Source of the DNA: an uncultured Bacillota bacterium
GTDB taxonomy: Bacteria > Bacillota > Clostridia > Peptostreptococcales > Anaerovoracaceae
NCBI GenBank assembly: GCA_949284065.1
Contig: CASDUO010000008.1
Coordinates: 3,938-67,937 of the forward strand
Reading direction: 5' to 3'
Length of the DNA stretch: 64,000 bases
The position numbers and the translations under genes are program-made. Under the pieces are notes generated by a model. The model worked only from the letters and a program-made list of their open reading frames with translations. It did not search any database and was not told where the DNA came from. This document shows, piece by piece, positions 1 through 9,496 of the stretch (the first letter of the stretch is position 1; each line of letters begins with the position of its first letter).

Positions 1-356
1 CGCCGGTCTGTAAGATACTGGACTATGGCAAGTACAGTTACGAGATCCAAAAAAAGGCCAAAGAAGCAAAAAAGAAGCAGCGTTCGATGCAGATGAAGGA
101 AATAAGACTTTCCACATTCATCGAGGATCACGATATCCAGGTAAAGGCAAAGACAGGCGGTAAATTCCTTGCGGATGGCGATAAGCTTAAGGTGACTATA
201 AGATTCCGCGGGAGAGAAAGAGATTACACTGCGAGAGGATACGAGGTGATGGAAAAATTTGCCGAGGCCGTATCGGATGTGGCTGACATTGAGAAAAAGC
301 CCAAACTGGAAGGGAGGAACATGATAATGTTCCTGGCCCCGAAATCGGGCAGATAG
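1..356 (+). CDS. infC: translation initiation factor IF-3, C-terminal part (5' end outside window)
   Basis: The frame is open from the window edge. PVCKILDYGKYSYE...KVTIRFRGRE...MFLAPK resembles the IF-3 linker and C-domain. It is followed by rpmI-rplT as in the canonical operon. Confidence 0.9.
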   Translation, partial: PVCKILDYGKYSYEIQKKAKEAKKKQRSMQMKEIRLSTFIEDHDIQVKAKTGGKFLADGDKLKVTIRFRGRERDYTARGYEVMEKFAEAVSDVADIEKKPKLEGRNMIMFLAPKSGR

Positions 357-432
357 CAACGGATGAACGTAAATCATATGGCTGAAAGCCAATAGGATAC
401 AAGACACAAGTTAAAGATTAGGAGGAACTAAA

Positions 433-639
433 ATGGGAAGCAAAAAGAACAAGATGAAGTCTCATAGAGGCGCCAGCAAGAGATTCAAAGTTACCGGATC
501 CGGCAAGGTGAAGAGGAATAAGGCATATAAATCTCATATCCTTACAAAGAAGAGCCCCAAGAGAAAAAGAGGGCTGAGAAAAGCCACGACTCTCACGGGA
601 GCGGATCTTAAAAGGATCAAGAATGTTATCGACAAATAA
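433..639 (+). CDS. rpmI: 50S ribosomal protein L35
   Basis: 68 aa and very basic. [20 protein letters not shown] is L35-like. An AGGAGG RBS lies 7 nt upstream. Confidence 0.95.
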   Translation: MGSKKNKMKSHRGASKRFKVTGSGKVKRNKAYKSHILTKKSPKRKRGLRKATTLTGADLKRIKNVIDK

Positions 640-668
640 GCCGGAAGGCCGGAAAAGGAGGAAACAAA

Positions 669-1025
669 ATGGCAAGAGTGAAAAAGGGCGTGAACGCTCA
701 TAAAAGACATAAGAAGATATTGAAGCAGGCCAAGGGATTCTACGGCCAGAAGAGCAAAGTGTTCAAGGCGGCGAACCCTGCTGTCATGAGATCTTTGAGA
801 TCAGCATATGTAGGGCGCAAGAACAAGAAACGGGAATACAGGAGATTATGGATCGCAAGGATCAATGCCGGTGCAAGACAGAACGGCATATCATACAGCA
901 GACTTATGGACGGACTCAAAAAGAACGGCATCGAAATAAACAGGAAGATGCTCGCCGAAATGGCCATACATGATGAGGCGGCTTTCGCGAAGCTCTGCGA
1001 AACCGCAAAAACTGCAAATAGATAG
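669..1025 (+). CDS. rplT: 50S ribosomal protein L20
   Basis: [26 protein letters not shown] is a typical L20 N-terminus. 118 aa, in operon position after rpmI. Confidence 0.95.
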   Translation: MARVKKGVNAHKRHKKILKQAKGFYGQKSKVFKAANPAVMRSLRSAYVGRKNKKREYRRLWIARINAGARQNGISYSRLMDGLKKNGIEINRKMLAEMAIHDEAAFAKLCETAKTANR

Positions 1026-1043
1026 TCTATAGCGAGGTGCATT

Positions 1044-2126
1044 ATGAAACGTAGAAAGTTAGCGACAACGTTTCTGTGTGTATTCATTGTTACCACTTTA
1101 GCATCCTGTGGAGATGATCCGTGGACGGCAGATTATTCTTCATACATAGAGGTGGGGAAATATAAAGGTCTTGAAGCGGCTGCCACGGAAGTAAGTGTCA
1201 GCGAGACAGAGTTGACTAAGGAGATCTACAGCAGGCTTGAAGCGGCCAAAACGGTAGAGAAGGTGAAAAGCGGCACGGTAAGTGACGGAGATATAGTCAA
1301 TATCGATTATGTGGGGACACTTGACGGGAAAAAATTCGATGGAGGTTCTGCCGAAGGGAAAGATCTCACGATAGGATCGGGAGAATTCATTGACGGGTTC
1401 GAAGAAGGACTGATCGGTGAAGATGTGGGTGCGACCACTGTACTGCATCTTACATTTCCCAAGGATTACTCACAAAGCGACCTTGCAGGCCAGGATGTAG
1501 AGTTTGAGGTCACCATCAATTACAAAGAAATCGATGTGATGCCCAAACTGGACAAAGAGTTCGCAAAGAAAAATGGCGCTGACAGCGTGGAGGATTATCG
1601 CGATCAGGTCAGAGAGGATCTCTATGAGGCAGAAAAGGCCGATGCCGAAGATGAGATAAGGACAGAACTGTGGACCCAGGTCATGGACGATTCTTCTGTA
1701 AAGAAAGACAAAGATGGCAAAGAGAAATATCCTCAGGAAGAAGTTGAAAGATATGAGGAAGAAATAACGGCCCTTTATGAAAAGTATTCTGAGGAATACG
1801 GACTAGAGCTTGATGATTTCATAGAGCAGCAGATGAACATGGACAGGGAGACATTCGAAGAGCAGCTGACCAACTATTCAAAGGACAAAGTGAAAGAAGA
1901 GATGGTCGTATATACCATTGCGAAAAAAGAAGGTATAGAGCTGAGTGAGAGCGATGTAGATGAATATATCGACAGAACATTAGACCTTATCGGATACGAC
2001 CAGAAAAGCTTTAAGGAAAGCGAAGGAGAAAGCTATATAGACTTTTACGGGAAAAACAATGTTTATCTGGAGGCATATAAGGACAAGGTCCTGGATCTGA
2101 TACATAAGGAGGCGAAAATCAAGTAG
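1044..2126 (+). CDS. lipoprotein with trigger-factor-like FKBP PPIase and C-terminal arm domains
   Basis: Signal peptide with lipobox LASC (MKRRKLATTFLCVFIVTTLASCG). FKBP-like GDIVNIDYVGTLDGKKFDGGSAEG...GSGEFIDGFEEGLIG. A trigger-factor-like acidic C-terminal half follows. Confidence 0.75.
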   Translation: MKRRKLATTFLCVFIVTTLASCGDDPWTADYSSYIEVGKYKGLEAAATEVSVSETELTKEIYSRLEAAKTVEKVKSGTVSDGDIVNIDYVGTLDGKKFDGGSAEGKDLTIGSGEFIDGFEEGLIGEDVGATTVLHLTFPKDYSQSDLAGQDVEFEVTINYKEIDVMPKLDKEFAKKNGADSVEDYRDQVREDLYEAEKADAEDEIRTELWTQVMDDSSVKKDKDGKEKYPQEEVERYEEEITALYEKYSEEYGLELDDFIEQQMNMDRETFEEQLTNYSKDKVKEEMVVYTIAKKEGIELSESDVDEYIDRTLDLIGYDQKSFKESEGESYIDFYGKNNVYLEAYKDKVLDLIHKEAKIK

Positions 2127-2182
2127 CGCTTCATATCAGCTTGCCAAAAGGAGTAAAAACAGCCGAGAATGGAGGATGAGAC

Positions 2183-3619
2183 ATGGCAACGTTTACCAAC
2201 ATATTGGTCACTATAGATAATGTGGTATGGGGAGTGCCGTTGATCGTGATGATAATGGGCACGGGCATCTTCATGTCTTTGCGACTGCGATTCCTGCAGT
2301 TCAGAAAACTGGGCATCGCTCTCAGATATATGGTGAGCAATGAGGAGAACGGTAAAGGTGAGGTCACGAGTTTTCAGGCCCTGTGTACTGCAATGGCTGC
2401 CACAGTGGGTACCGGTAACATAGTAGGTGTTGCCACAGCCATGGTGGCAGGCGGTCCCGGGGCCCTGTTCTGGATGATAGTGGCCGCATGTTTCGGTATG
2501 TCGGTCAAATTTTCCGAGGGGGTACTGGCGATAAAATACAGGATCCTGGGAGAAGACGGTCATGCGTTGGGCGGCCCCTTCTATTATATAGAACGAGGCA
2601 TGGGCCCCAGATGGAAATGGATGGCTAAGTGCTTCGCTGTCTTCGGAGTGCTGGCCGGCACTTTAGGTATAGGGACCATCACTCAGGTGAACAGTATAGC
2701 TGATGCGGCACAGACATTTTTCGATCCGGATAACTCGGCTATCGCCTTCACAGTGGGAGAAAATGCCTACTCATGGGCAACGGTCATAGCCGCCGTAGCT
2801 GTGGCAGCCCTTACCACTTTGGTCGTGATAGGCGGGATGCAGAGGATAGCTACCGTTGCAAGCCTAATAGTCCCGGCGATGATAGTGATCTATGTGGTCG
2901 TGTGTCTGTGCATACTCGTAGCTAATGCCGAAAAGATACCTGCTGCTTTGGAAGAAGTAGTAGCGGGAGCTTTCGGACTCAGAGCTGCCGGCGGCGGCAT
3001 GCTTGGCGCGATGATAGTGGCTATGCAAAAGGGCATAGGGAGAGGCTTGTTCTCAAACGAAGCGGGACTGGGATCCGCACCTATAGCAGCGGCTGCGGCA
3101 CAGACTAACGAAGCTACGAGACAGGGACTCGTATCTATGACGGGAACCTTTATAGATACGTGCATAGTATGCCTCATGACCGGACTTACCATAATGGTCA
3201 CAGGCTCATGGAACGTGGGATTGGATGGAGTCGAGGTGACCATAAGGGCATTCGGAGAAGGTCTGCCCTGGAGCGATTCCATGGGTGCTTTCGTGCTGAT
3301 GGTGTGTCTTGCCTTTTTTGCCTTCACGACTATTTTAGGCTGGAACTATTACAGCGAAAGATGTCTTGAATATCTCAGCCACGGCAACAAAGCGGGTATG
3401 ACGGCGTTCAGATGGATATATATATTAGCTGTACTCATAGGTCCATTTTTGACCATATCCTTCGTGTGGACATTCGCCAGCATACTCAACGGCCTCATGG
3501 CGCTCCCGAACCTCATCGCACTGGTAGTGCTGAGCGGAGTCATAGTCAAGGAGACGAAAGATTATTTTGTCAGGCTTGAGAACGGGTCCTACGTGGACGG
3601 GATAAAGAGAAAAAAGTAA
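2183..3619 (+). CDS. sodium:alanine (amino acid) symporter, AGCS family
   Basis: 478 aa polytopic membrane protein. FQALCTAMAATVGTGNIVGVATA and GGPGALFWM motifs are typical of AGCS carriers. Confidence 0.9.
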   Translation: MATFTNILVTIDNVVWGVPLIVMIMGTGIFMSLRLRFLQFRKLGIALRYMVSNEENGKGEVTSFQALCTAMAATVGTGNIVGVATAMVAGGPGALFWMIVAACFGMSVKFSEGVLAIKYRILGEDGHALGGPFYYIERGMGPRWKWMAKCFAVFGVLAGTLGIGTITQVNSIADAAQTFFDPDNSAIAFTVGENAYSWATVIAAVAVAALTTLVVIGGMQRIATVASLIVPAMIVIYVVVCLCILVANAEKIPAALEEVVAGAFGLRAAGGGMLGAMIVAMQKGIGRGLFSNEAGLGSAPIAAAAAQTNEATRQGLVSMTGTFIDTCIVCLMTGLTIMVTGSWNVGLDGVEVTIRAFGEGLPWSDSMGAFVLMVCLAFFAFTTILGWNYYSERCLEYLSHGNKAGMTAFRWIYILAVLIGPFLTISFVWTFASILNGLMALPNLIALVVLSGVIVKETKDYFVRLENGSYVDGIKRKK

Positions 3620-3694
3620 GTCAGCTGTGATGTTGGATGATAGGAATATCTTTTGATATATACGACATGATGATATATTGAGAAACACTCAAGA

Positions 3695-3723
3695 GAGGCG
3701 GCACCGGCCGTCTCCCTTTTCTT
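3695..3723 (+). terminator. putative intrinsic terminator after the symporter gene
   Basis: 7-bp GC-rich stem (3695-3701 / 3708-3714) followed by CCTTTTCTT. Confidence 0.55.
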
Positions 3724-3750
3724 GTAAAAAAACACAACATATAGTATAAT
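3722..3750 (+). promoter_or_regulatory. sigma-A type promoter for nrdR-cmk
   Basis: TTGTAA (3722-3727), 17-nt spacer, TATAAT (3745-3750), about 40 nt upstream of the nrdR ATG. Confidence 0.55.
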
Positions 3751-3789
3751 TTCCCCGCAGGATGTTGTTAAACAGATAGGAGAAACACC

Positions 3790-4254
3790 ATGAAATGCCC
3801 TTTTTGCGAATGCAGCGACACGAGAGTTATAGATTCCCGACACACAGAGGAAGGACATGCTATAAGACGCAGGCGAGAGTGTGAAAAATGCGGTAAAAGA
3901 TTTACCACATATGAAAAAGTAGAAGAAGTGATATTGGTAGTCATAAAGAAAAACGGCAGCAGAGAATCTTTTGACAGGAACAAGATCATGAACGGCATCA
4001 TCAAAGCATGTGAAAAGAGGCCGGTCCCTCTCAGTGCCATAGAGAAGGTCGTAGATGATATAGAGCGCGGCATAAACAACATGATGGAAAAGGAGATACA
4101 AAGCTCATTCATCGGAGAACTCATAATGGACAAGTTGAAAAAACTGGACGAGGTTGCCTATGTGCGATTCGCATCAGTTTACAGACAATTCACAGATGTG
4201 GACACATTTGTTGCTGAAGTGAAAAGCCTAAAGGGCGGCAAAAAGGGGGAATGA
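3790..4254 (+). CDS. nrdR: transcriptional repressor NrdR
   Basis: [17 protein letters not shown] zinc ribbon plus ATP-cone. 154 aa. Confidence 0.95.
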   Translation: MKCPFCECSDTRVIDSRHTEEGHAIRRRRECEKCGKRFTTYEKVEEVILVVIKKNGSRESFDRNKIMNGIIKACEKRPVPLSAIEKVVDDIERGINNMMEKEIQSSFIGELIMDKLKKLDEVAYVRFASVYRQFTDVDTFVAEVKSLKGGKKGE

Positions 4255-4255
4255 C

Positions 4256-4903
4256 ATGCTCAGGATCGCTATTGACGGACCCGGAGGCGCAGGAAAAAGC
4301 ACAGTCGCAAAACTCGTGGCAAAAGAGCTGGGACTGGACTATATAGATACGGGCGCCATGTACAGGGCAGTGGGATACAAGATATCAAGAGACGGCGTCG
4401 ATATGGAAAACAGTCTGGAGCTGGCGTCGATGCTCAAGGAGACGGATATAGATTTTTCCGGTGGAAAGGTGTTTCTCGACGGGGAAGATATCAGTGATAA
4501 GATAAGGACACAGGAAGTTTCCGCGTTAGCTTCCAAGTGTTCGGCCATTGGAGAAGTGAGAGAAAAATTAGTCTCGATACAGAAAGAGATGGGACGTTCA
4601 AAAAACGTCATAATGGATGGAAGAGATATCGGGACCAATGTGTTGAAAGATGCCGAACATAAAATATTCCTCGTGGCTTCGCCGGAAGAAAGGGCACAGC
4701 GCAGATATAAGGAACTTGCGGAAAAAGGAGAGGATGTCACATTCCAACAGGTCCTTGACGATATAAACAAACGGGATCATAACGATACACACAGGAAATT
4801 GAATCCCTTGAGAAAAGCAGACGATGCAGTAGAGATAGACACGACTTCAAAGAATGTAGACGAAGTGGTGAAAATGATTTTAGAGGAGATAGATAATGGC
4901 TAA
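4256..4903 (+). CDS. cmk: cytidylate kinase
   Basis: IAIDGPGGAGKST P-loop, IDTGAMYRA and the remainder of a Cmk-like sequence. 215 aa. Confidence 0.95.
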   Translation: MLRIAIDGPGGAGKSTVAKLVAKELGLDYIDTGAMYRAVGYKISRDGVDMENSLELASMLKETDIDFSGGKVFLDGEDISDKIRTQEVSALASKCSAIGEVREKLVSIQKEMGRSKNVIMDGRDIGTNVLKDAEHKIFLVASPEERAQRRYKELAEKGEDVTFQQVLDDINKRDHNDTHRKLNPLRKADDAVEIDTTSKNVDEVVKMILEEIDNG

Positions 4904-6140
4904 AGTACGACCTTTCAAAGCAGTCAGGCCGGCAGAGCATATAGCGGAAAAAGTCATAGCCCCGCCATATGACGTTATGAACAGAGAGGAAGCGGAGGAG
5001 ATGGTGAAAGAAAAACCGCACAGCTTTCTCCATATAAGCAGATCCGAAGTGGACATGCCGGAGCAGCCGGATCCATACGATGAAAGTGTGTATCGGAAGG
5101 CCGGAGAAAACCTGAAGAAGTTCATCGATGAAGGTACTATGATCAGAGAAGAAAACCCCGTGTTCATGATTTATGGCCAGACCATGGATGGAAGGACACA
5201 GACGGGCATAGTGGGCTGTGCCTCTATCGACGATTATGAAAACGATGTGATAAAGAAACACGAACTCACACGGGTGGAGAAAGAACTGGACAGGATAAAT
5301 CACTTCAAAGGGGCAAACGCCCATACTGAACCTGTATTTTTGACATACAGGAAAAGCGGAAAAGTGGAATTGCTCAAGAAGGGATGGATGGATAAGCATG
5401 AGCCTCAGTATGAGATCGAAAGTGAAGACGGAGTGAAGCATAAAGTATGGGTGGTAGATGATGCCGAAGTGAACAGAGCTTTTCAAGATGCTTTCAAAGA
5501 TATACCGGAGCTGTATATCGCAGACGGCCATCACAGAAGTGCTTCGGCATATAAAGTGGGGGCCAATATGCGAAAGGAACACCCGGGCTACACCGGCGAT
5601 GAGGAGTTCAATTTCTTTATGGCTGTCATATACCCTGCAGATGAACTTTATGTCTATGAATATAACAGAGTGGTGAAAGATCTTAACGGGAATACCCCGG
5701 AAGAGTTTTTGGAGAAAATAAACAAGGCAGGGTTCAAATCGAAAGAATGGACGGGAAGCGATGTCCACCCTGAAAGGAAGGGTGAGTTCGCTATGTATCT
5801 GAAAGGAAAATGGTATAGGCTCGAAGTTTCTCCCGATATCGTTCCTGATGACGCCAGAGAAGGCCTCGATGTATCAGTGTTACAAAACAGTTTGCTGGAT
5901 CCGATACTGGGAATAAAGGATCCCAGGACTGACGGCCGTATAGATTTTGTAGGAGGTATCAGGGGCTCCAAAGAACTGGAAAAAAGAGTGGATGATGATA
6001 TGGAGGTAGCCTTCCTTCTTTATCCGGTGACCATGGAGGATCTTTTTGCCGTATCTGACAGAGGACAGACCATGCCGCCAAAATCCACGTGGTTTGAGCC
6101 AAAACCGGCAAGCGGACTTTTTCTGCACGAACTTTCCTGA
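4896..6140 (+). CDS. DUF1015 family protein
   Basis: VRPFKAVRP...APPYDV N-terminus and the ADGHHRSASA motif are characteristic of DUF1015. Its start overlaps the cmk end by 8 nt. Confidence 0.85.
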   Translation: MAKVRPFKAVRPAEHIAEKVIAPPYDVMNREEAEEMVKEKPHSFLHISRSEVDMPEQPDPYDESVYRKAGENLKKFIDEGTMIREENPVFMIYGQTMDGRTQTGIVGCASIDDYENDVIKKHELTRVEKELDRINHFKGANAHTEPVFLTYRKSGKVELLKKGWMDKHEPQYEIESEDGVKHKVWVVDDAEVNRAFQDAFKDIPELYIADGHHRSASAYKVGANMRKEHPGYTGDEEFNFFMAVIYPADELYVYEYNRVVKDLNGNTPEEFLEKINKAGFKSKEWTGSDVHPERKGEFAMYLKGKWYRLEVSPDIVPDDAREGLDVSVLQNSLLDPILGIKDPRTDGRIDFVGGIRGSKELEKRVDDDMEVAFLLYPVTMEDLFAVSDRGQTMPPKSTWFEPKPASGLFLHELS

Positions 6141-6311
6141 CTATGGCGGACCGGTAACGGATGACAAAGATCTTTGGGACAAAATGAACAGAAATGATAC
6201 GATACAGAATACTCCGACACCCCATTAGTCGGGGTATTTTAGTACATTTGGTCTACAGTATGTCCCGGGGTAGAGTAAACCATCATGAGCCCTTAAATCA
6301 TTCTGAAAATC

Positions 6312-6340
6312 TTGTGCCTTGCCGGGATAAGTGATATACT
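6312..6340 (+). promoter_or_regulatory. promoter for radC-mreBCD operon
   Basis: TTGTGC (6312-6317), 17-nt spacer, extended -10 TGaTATACT (6332-6340). Confidence 0.5.
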
Positions 6341-6411
6341 AACACATGCTGTATGAGGTGTCGGAAACTTTATGCAGAAGGCCTTTGGCCATAGGGCGGA
6401 AGGACCGAAAA

Positions 6412-7089
6412 ATGATAATAAGAGATATGCCTTCAGAGTTGAGGCCGAGGGAAAAGCTGATCGCTTCGGGCAAGGAGTCTCTTTCTGACAGCGAATTGCT
6501 GGCGTTGCTTTTGGACACCGGCACCAGAGACAGATCATCTTTGCGGCTTGCAGAAGAGATACTGTCTTTCAACGGACAGGGGTTAGAATTCCTGAGGACG
6601 TGTACTCCTGAGGAACTGATGGAGGTAAGAGGCGTAGGACCGGCAAAGGCATGCAGGATACTGGCGGCTGTCGAGCTGGGAAAGAGGATATCGAAATCGA
6701 AAGTGTGCTCGGACAGGAGCATAACTACGGCTAAAGACGCTGCGGACTTGATGATGGAAAGGATGAGATATCACACAAAGGAACACTTTGATGTGATATT
6801 GCTCAATGCAAGAGGCCGGTTGATAGCTGTGGAAAATGTTTCCATAGGAGACCTTACAGGAAGTATGGCGAATCCAAGGGAATCCTTTGGTGCAGCCATA
6901 AGGAGAAGTGCCGCATCAGTCATATTCGTCCACAATCATCCGGGAGGCGATCCATCTCCAAGCAGGGAAGATGTGGAAGTCACAAGGAGATTGAGCGATG
7001 TGGGGAAACTTTTGAACATCCCCATGCTGGATCATATAATCATAGGTGACGGCGTGTTTGTGAGCATGAAAGAAAAAAATTATTTGTAG
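6412..7089 (+). CDS. radC: RadC-like JAB domain protein (UPF0758)
   Basis: MIIRDMPSELRPREKL start typical of RadC, HhH region, JAB motif HNHPGGDPSPS. The ORF-track start at 6346 is probably an upstream extension. Confidence 0.85.
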   Translation: MIIRDMPSELRPREKLIASGKESLSDSELLALLLDTGTRDRSSLRLAEEILSFNGQGLEFLRTCTPEELMEVRGVGPAKACRILAAVELGKRISKSKVCSDRSITTAKDAADLMMERMRYHTKEHFDVILLNARGRLIAVENVSIGDLTGSMANPRESFGAAIRRSAASVIFVHNHPGGDPSPSREDVEVTRRLSDVGKLLNIPMLDHIIIGDGVFVSMKEKNYL

Positions 7090-7120
7090 TTAATTCAACA
7101 GTAGTTGCGGAGGAAAGAAC

Positions 7121-8155
7121 GTGTTAGGAAGCAGCAAAGATATGGGGATAGATCTGGGTACGGCCAACACTTTGATCTATATCAGGGATAAAGGCATCGT
7201 GCTCAATGAGGCTTCGGTCATAGCATATGATAAAGTGAGCCAGAGAGTTATAGCCACCGGCACAAAAGCGAAGAACATGATAGGCAAAGCACCGTCAAAT
7301 ATCGTGGTAGTAAGGCCTTTGAGAGACGGGGTCATTTCGGACTTCGATATGGCGGCGGAAATGCTCATAAGACATATAAAGACGGCTTTGGACGGCAAAA
7401 AACCGTCAGGGCTGAGAGTGGTCGTGGGAGTTCCCAGCGGTGTTACCGAGGTTGAGAAAAGGGCCGTAGAAGAAGTGGTCATGCAGATGGGAGCAAAGGA
7501 AGTCTACGTGCTCGATGAACCTACTGCTGCCGCTTTAGGAGCCGGACTGGATATAGATTCCTCAGAGGCCTGTATGGTGGCCGATATAGGAGGCGGGACT
7601 ACTGACGTGGCTATCCTGTCTCTGGGAGGCGTGGTGGTCAGCACATCACTGAGATATGCGGGAGACAAATTCAACGATGCCGTTGTGACATATATAAGGA
7701 AGAAGAAGGGCGTACTCATAGGCGATAAGACAGCAGAGGAGTTGAAGATAAACGTAGGCAGCGCCCTCATAATGCAGGATGAAAACGGGAGAGATATCAT
7801 CAAGTCTATGGATGCCAGAGGGAGGGACCTAATTTCCGGCTTGCCGAAGACCTTCAAGGTGACCAACAAGGATATGGAGGCGGCACTCCACGAGTCTATG
7901 GAGATGGTGATAGATGCAATAAAGGCAACAGTGGAAAAAGCCCCGCCTGAGGTGGCTGCCGATATAGCCGAAAACGGAATGACCCTGACAGGGGGAGGCG
8001 GGATGATAGAAAACTTGGATAAACTCATAAGTCAGAGAACGGGAATGGAAGTCACTATGGCCAGCGATCCTTATGAAGGAGTTGCTCTGGGAACAGGAAA
8101 GAGCCTTGACAACATCGAAAAACTCAAGGTTTATGCCAATGTGAAGAAGAGATAA
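7121..8155 (+). CDS. mreB: rod-shape determining actin homologue MreB
   Basis: GIDLGTANTLIY, DIGGGTTDVA and actin-fold phosphate motifs. GTG start with GGAGG 6 nt upstream. Confidence 0.95.
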   Translation: MLGSSKDMGIDLGTANTLIYIRDKGIVLNEASVIAYDKVSQRVIATGTKAKNMIGKAPSNIVVVRPLRDGVISDFDMAAEMLIRHIKTALDGKKPSGLRVVVGVPSGVTEVEKRAVEEVVMQMGAKEVYVLDEPTAAALGAGLDIDSSEACMVADIGGGTTDVAILSLGGVVVSTSLRYAGDKFNDAVVTYIRKKKGVLIGDKTAEELKINVGSALIMQDENGRDIIKSMDARGRDLISGLPKTFKVTNKDMEAALHESMEMVIDAIKATVEKAPPEVAADIAENGMTLTGGGGMIENLDKLISQRTGMEVTMASDPYEGVALGTGKSLDNIEKLKVYANVKKR

Positions 8156-8177
8156 GGAGACAGGCGGATAGTTCATT

Positions 8178-8999
8178 ATGAAGTGGATAAAGAAGCATAA
8201 AACATTTACTGCAGTTGCAAGTATCGTTTTAGTGCTTTGCATAATCATCGGCGTATCCTATGCTTCTATAGCCGGCAGCACTGCATCCATAGGCAGGGGC
8301 ATAGGAGGGATAATGTCCGCAGTGGAAAAACCGGTAGCGATCCTTGCTTCCGGATTGAGGAACACCTTTGCGGGCATATTCAATTACGGCAATGTTTTGG
8401 AAGAAAACAATCAGTTGAGGCAGGAGATCGCCGAGTTGCAGACTGAAAACAAAGATATAAGACTGACACGGGATGAGCTCGAGCAGCTTGAAAGACTGGA
8501 GGGCGTTTTTGACTTTGACGCCTACACCGGATCCGACAGCGCAGAGGCCGCCAGGGTCATATCCATAGATCATTCGAAGCCCTATGTGGTGTTCACCATA
8601 GACAAGGGGAAAGCGGACGGCATAGAAAAAGGAGATATAGTGGTCGATGGAGACGGACTGATAGGCAGAGTGAGACATGCCGGTGGGGACCATGCCACAG
8701 TGTCTTCTGTCCTCAATGACAGCACCAACATAGCATTCAAGATACTCAGGGACACATCTGTCATGGGCGTAGTTTCCGGTGACGGCAGATCAGCTTTACA
8801 GGGATATATACTGGATGAGGATGACAGAGTGGTTGAGGGGGATGTTTTGGTCACGTCGGGAATGGGAGTATATCCGGAAGGGATCCCCATAGGAAAGATC
8901 AAAAAGATAGAGTATGACCAGGACAGGCAGCAGCGAATGGTCACAGTTGAGCCGACAGTTGATTTCAACAGCCTGCAGAAGGTGGCGATAGTCAAATGA
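8178..8999 (+). CDS. mreC: rod-shape determining protein MreC
   Basis: N-terminal TM helix, coiled coil (NQLRQEIAELQTEN), beta-rich C-terminal region. Sits after mreB. Confidence 0.9.
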   Translation: MKWIKKHKTFTAVASIVLVLCIIIGVSYASIAGSTASIGRGIGGIMSAVEKPVAILASGLRNTFAGIFNYGNVLEENNQLRQEIAELQTENKDIRLTRDELEQLERLEGVFDFDAYTGSDSAEAARVISIDHSKPYVVFTIDKGKADGIEKGDIVVDGDGLIGRVRHAGGDHATVSSVLNDSTNIAFKILRDTSVMGVVSGDGRSALQGYILDEDDRVVEGDVLVTSGMGVYPEGIPIGKIKKIEYDQDRQQRMVTVEPTVDFNSLQKVAIVK

Positions 9000-9496
9000 G
9001 TTTACCGGTTTTGATAGTAGTGTTTCTTGTCGCTGGCGTCGCGCAGACGACGCTGATCAATGCCTTTGCCGTATTTGGCGTGACGCCGGATATGATATTG
9101 TGCCTGACATTGACCATAGTCTTTCTTTATGAAGGCGGATACAGGTGTATACCTTTTGGTTTGGCAGCGTCTCTGCTGGCAGCAAGCACCACTGAGGACA
9201 TAATAGGAGTCGGAGCACTGCTCCTCTTTGGGGCCGGCATAGGTATGTACATATACAGGAAGTATGTGAGAGTGGACAATATTTTATCGTTGCTCGCCTA
9301 CTGCGCCGGAATAACTGCTGTGTATCAGTTGTTTTACTGGATGATATATAAGGTTCTGGGGAACGATATAAGCATATTGGTGGTCCTTCAGTCCATGCCG
9401 ATGTCCGTTATATACAATACGGCTTTTGCGGCTTTGCTCTTTGTGATAATGAAGGATAAGGCAGAGGCCCATACGAATGACAGGTACTACATATGA
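8996..9496 (+). CDS. mreD: rod-shape determining protein MreD
   Basis: 166-aa polytopic membrane protein. ATGA-type overlaps with mreC and PBP2. Call rests on position in the operon. Confidence 0.8.
   Translation: MSLPVLIVVFLVAGVAQTTLINAFAVFGVTPDMILCLTLTIVFLYEGGYRCIPFGLAASLLAASTTEDIIGVGALLLFGAGIGMYIYRKYVRVDNILSLLAYCAGITAVYQLFYWMIYKVLGNDISILVVLQSMPMSVIYNTAFAALLFVIMKDKAEAHTNDRYYI

Noticed and set aside
6346-6411. N-terminal extensions in the ORF track. These are at 6346, 17084, 22282, 24643, 41162, 41989, 51412, 54487, 60017 and 62191.
   Set aside because: In each case an internal ATG with a good Shine-Dalgarno sequence reproduces the canonical family N-terminus. The extension would overlap the upstream gene or lack an RBS. 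Starts were moved accordingly.
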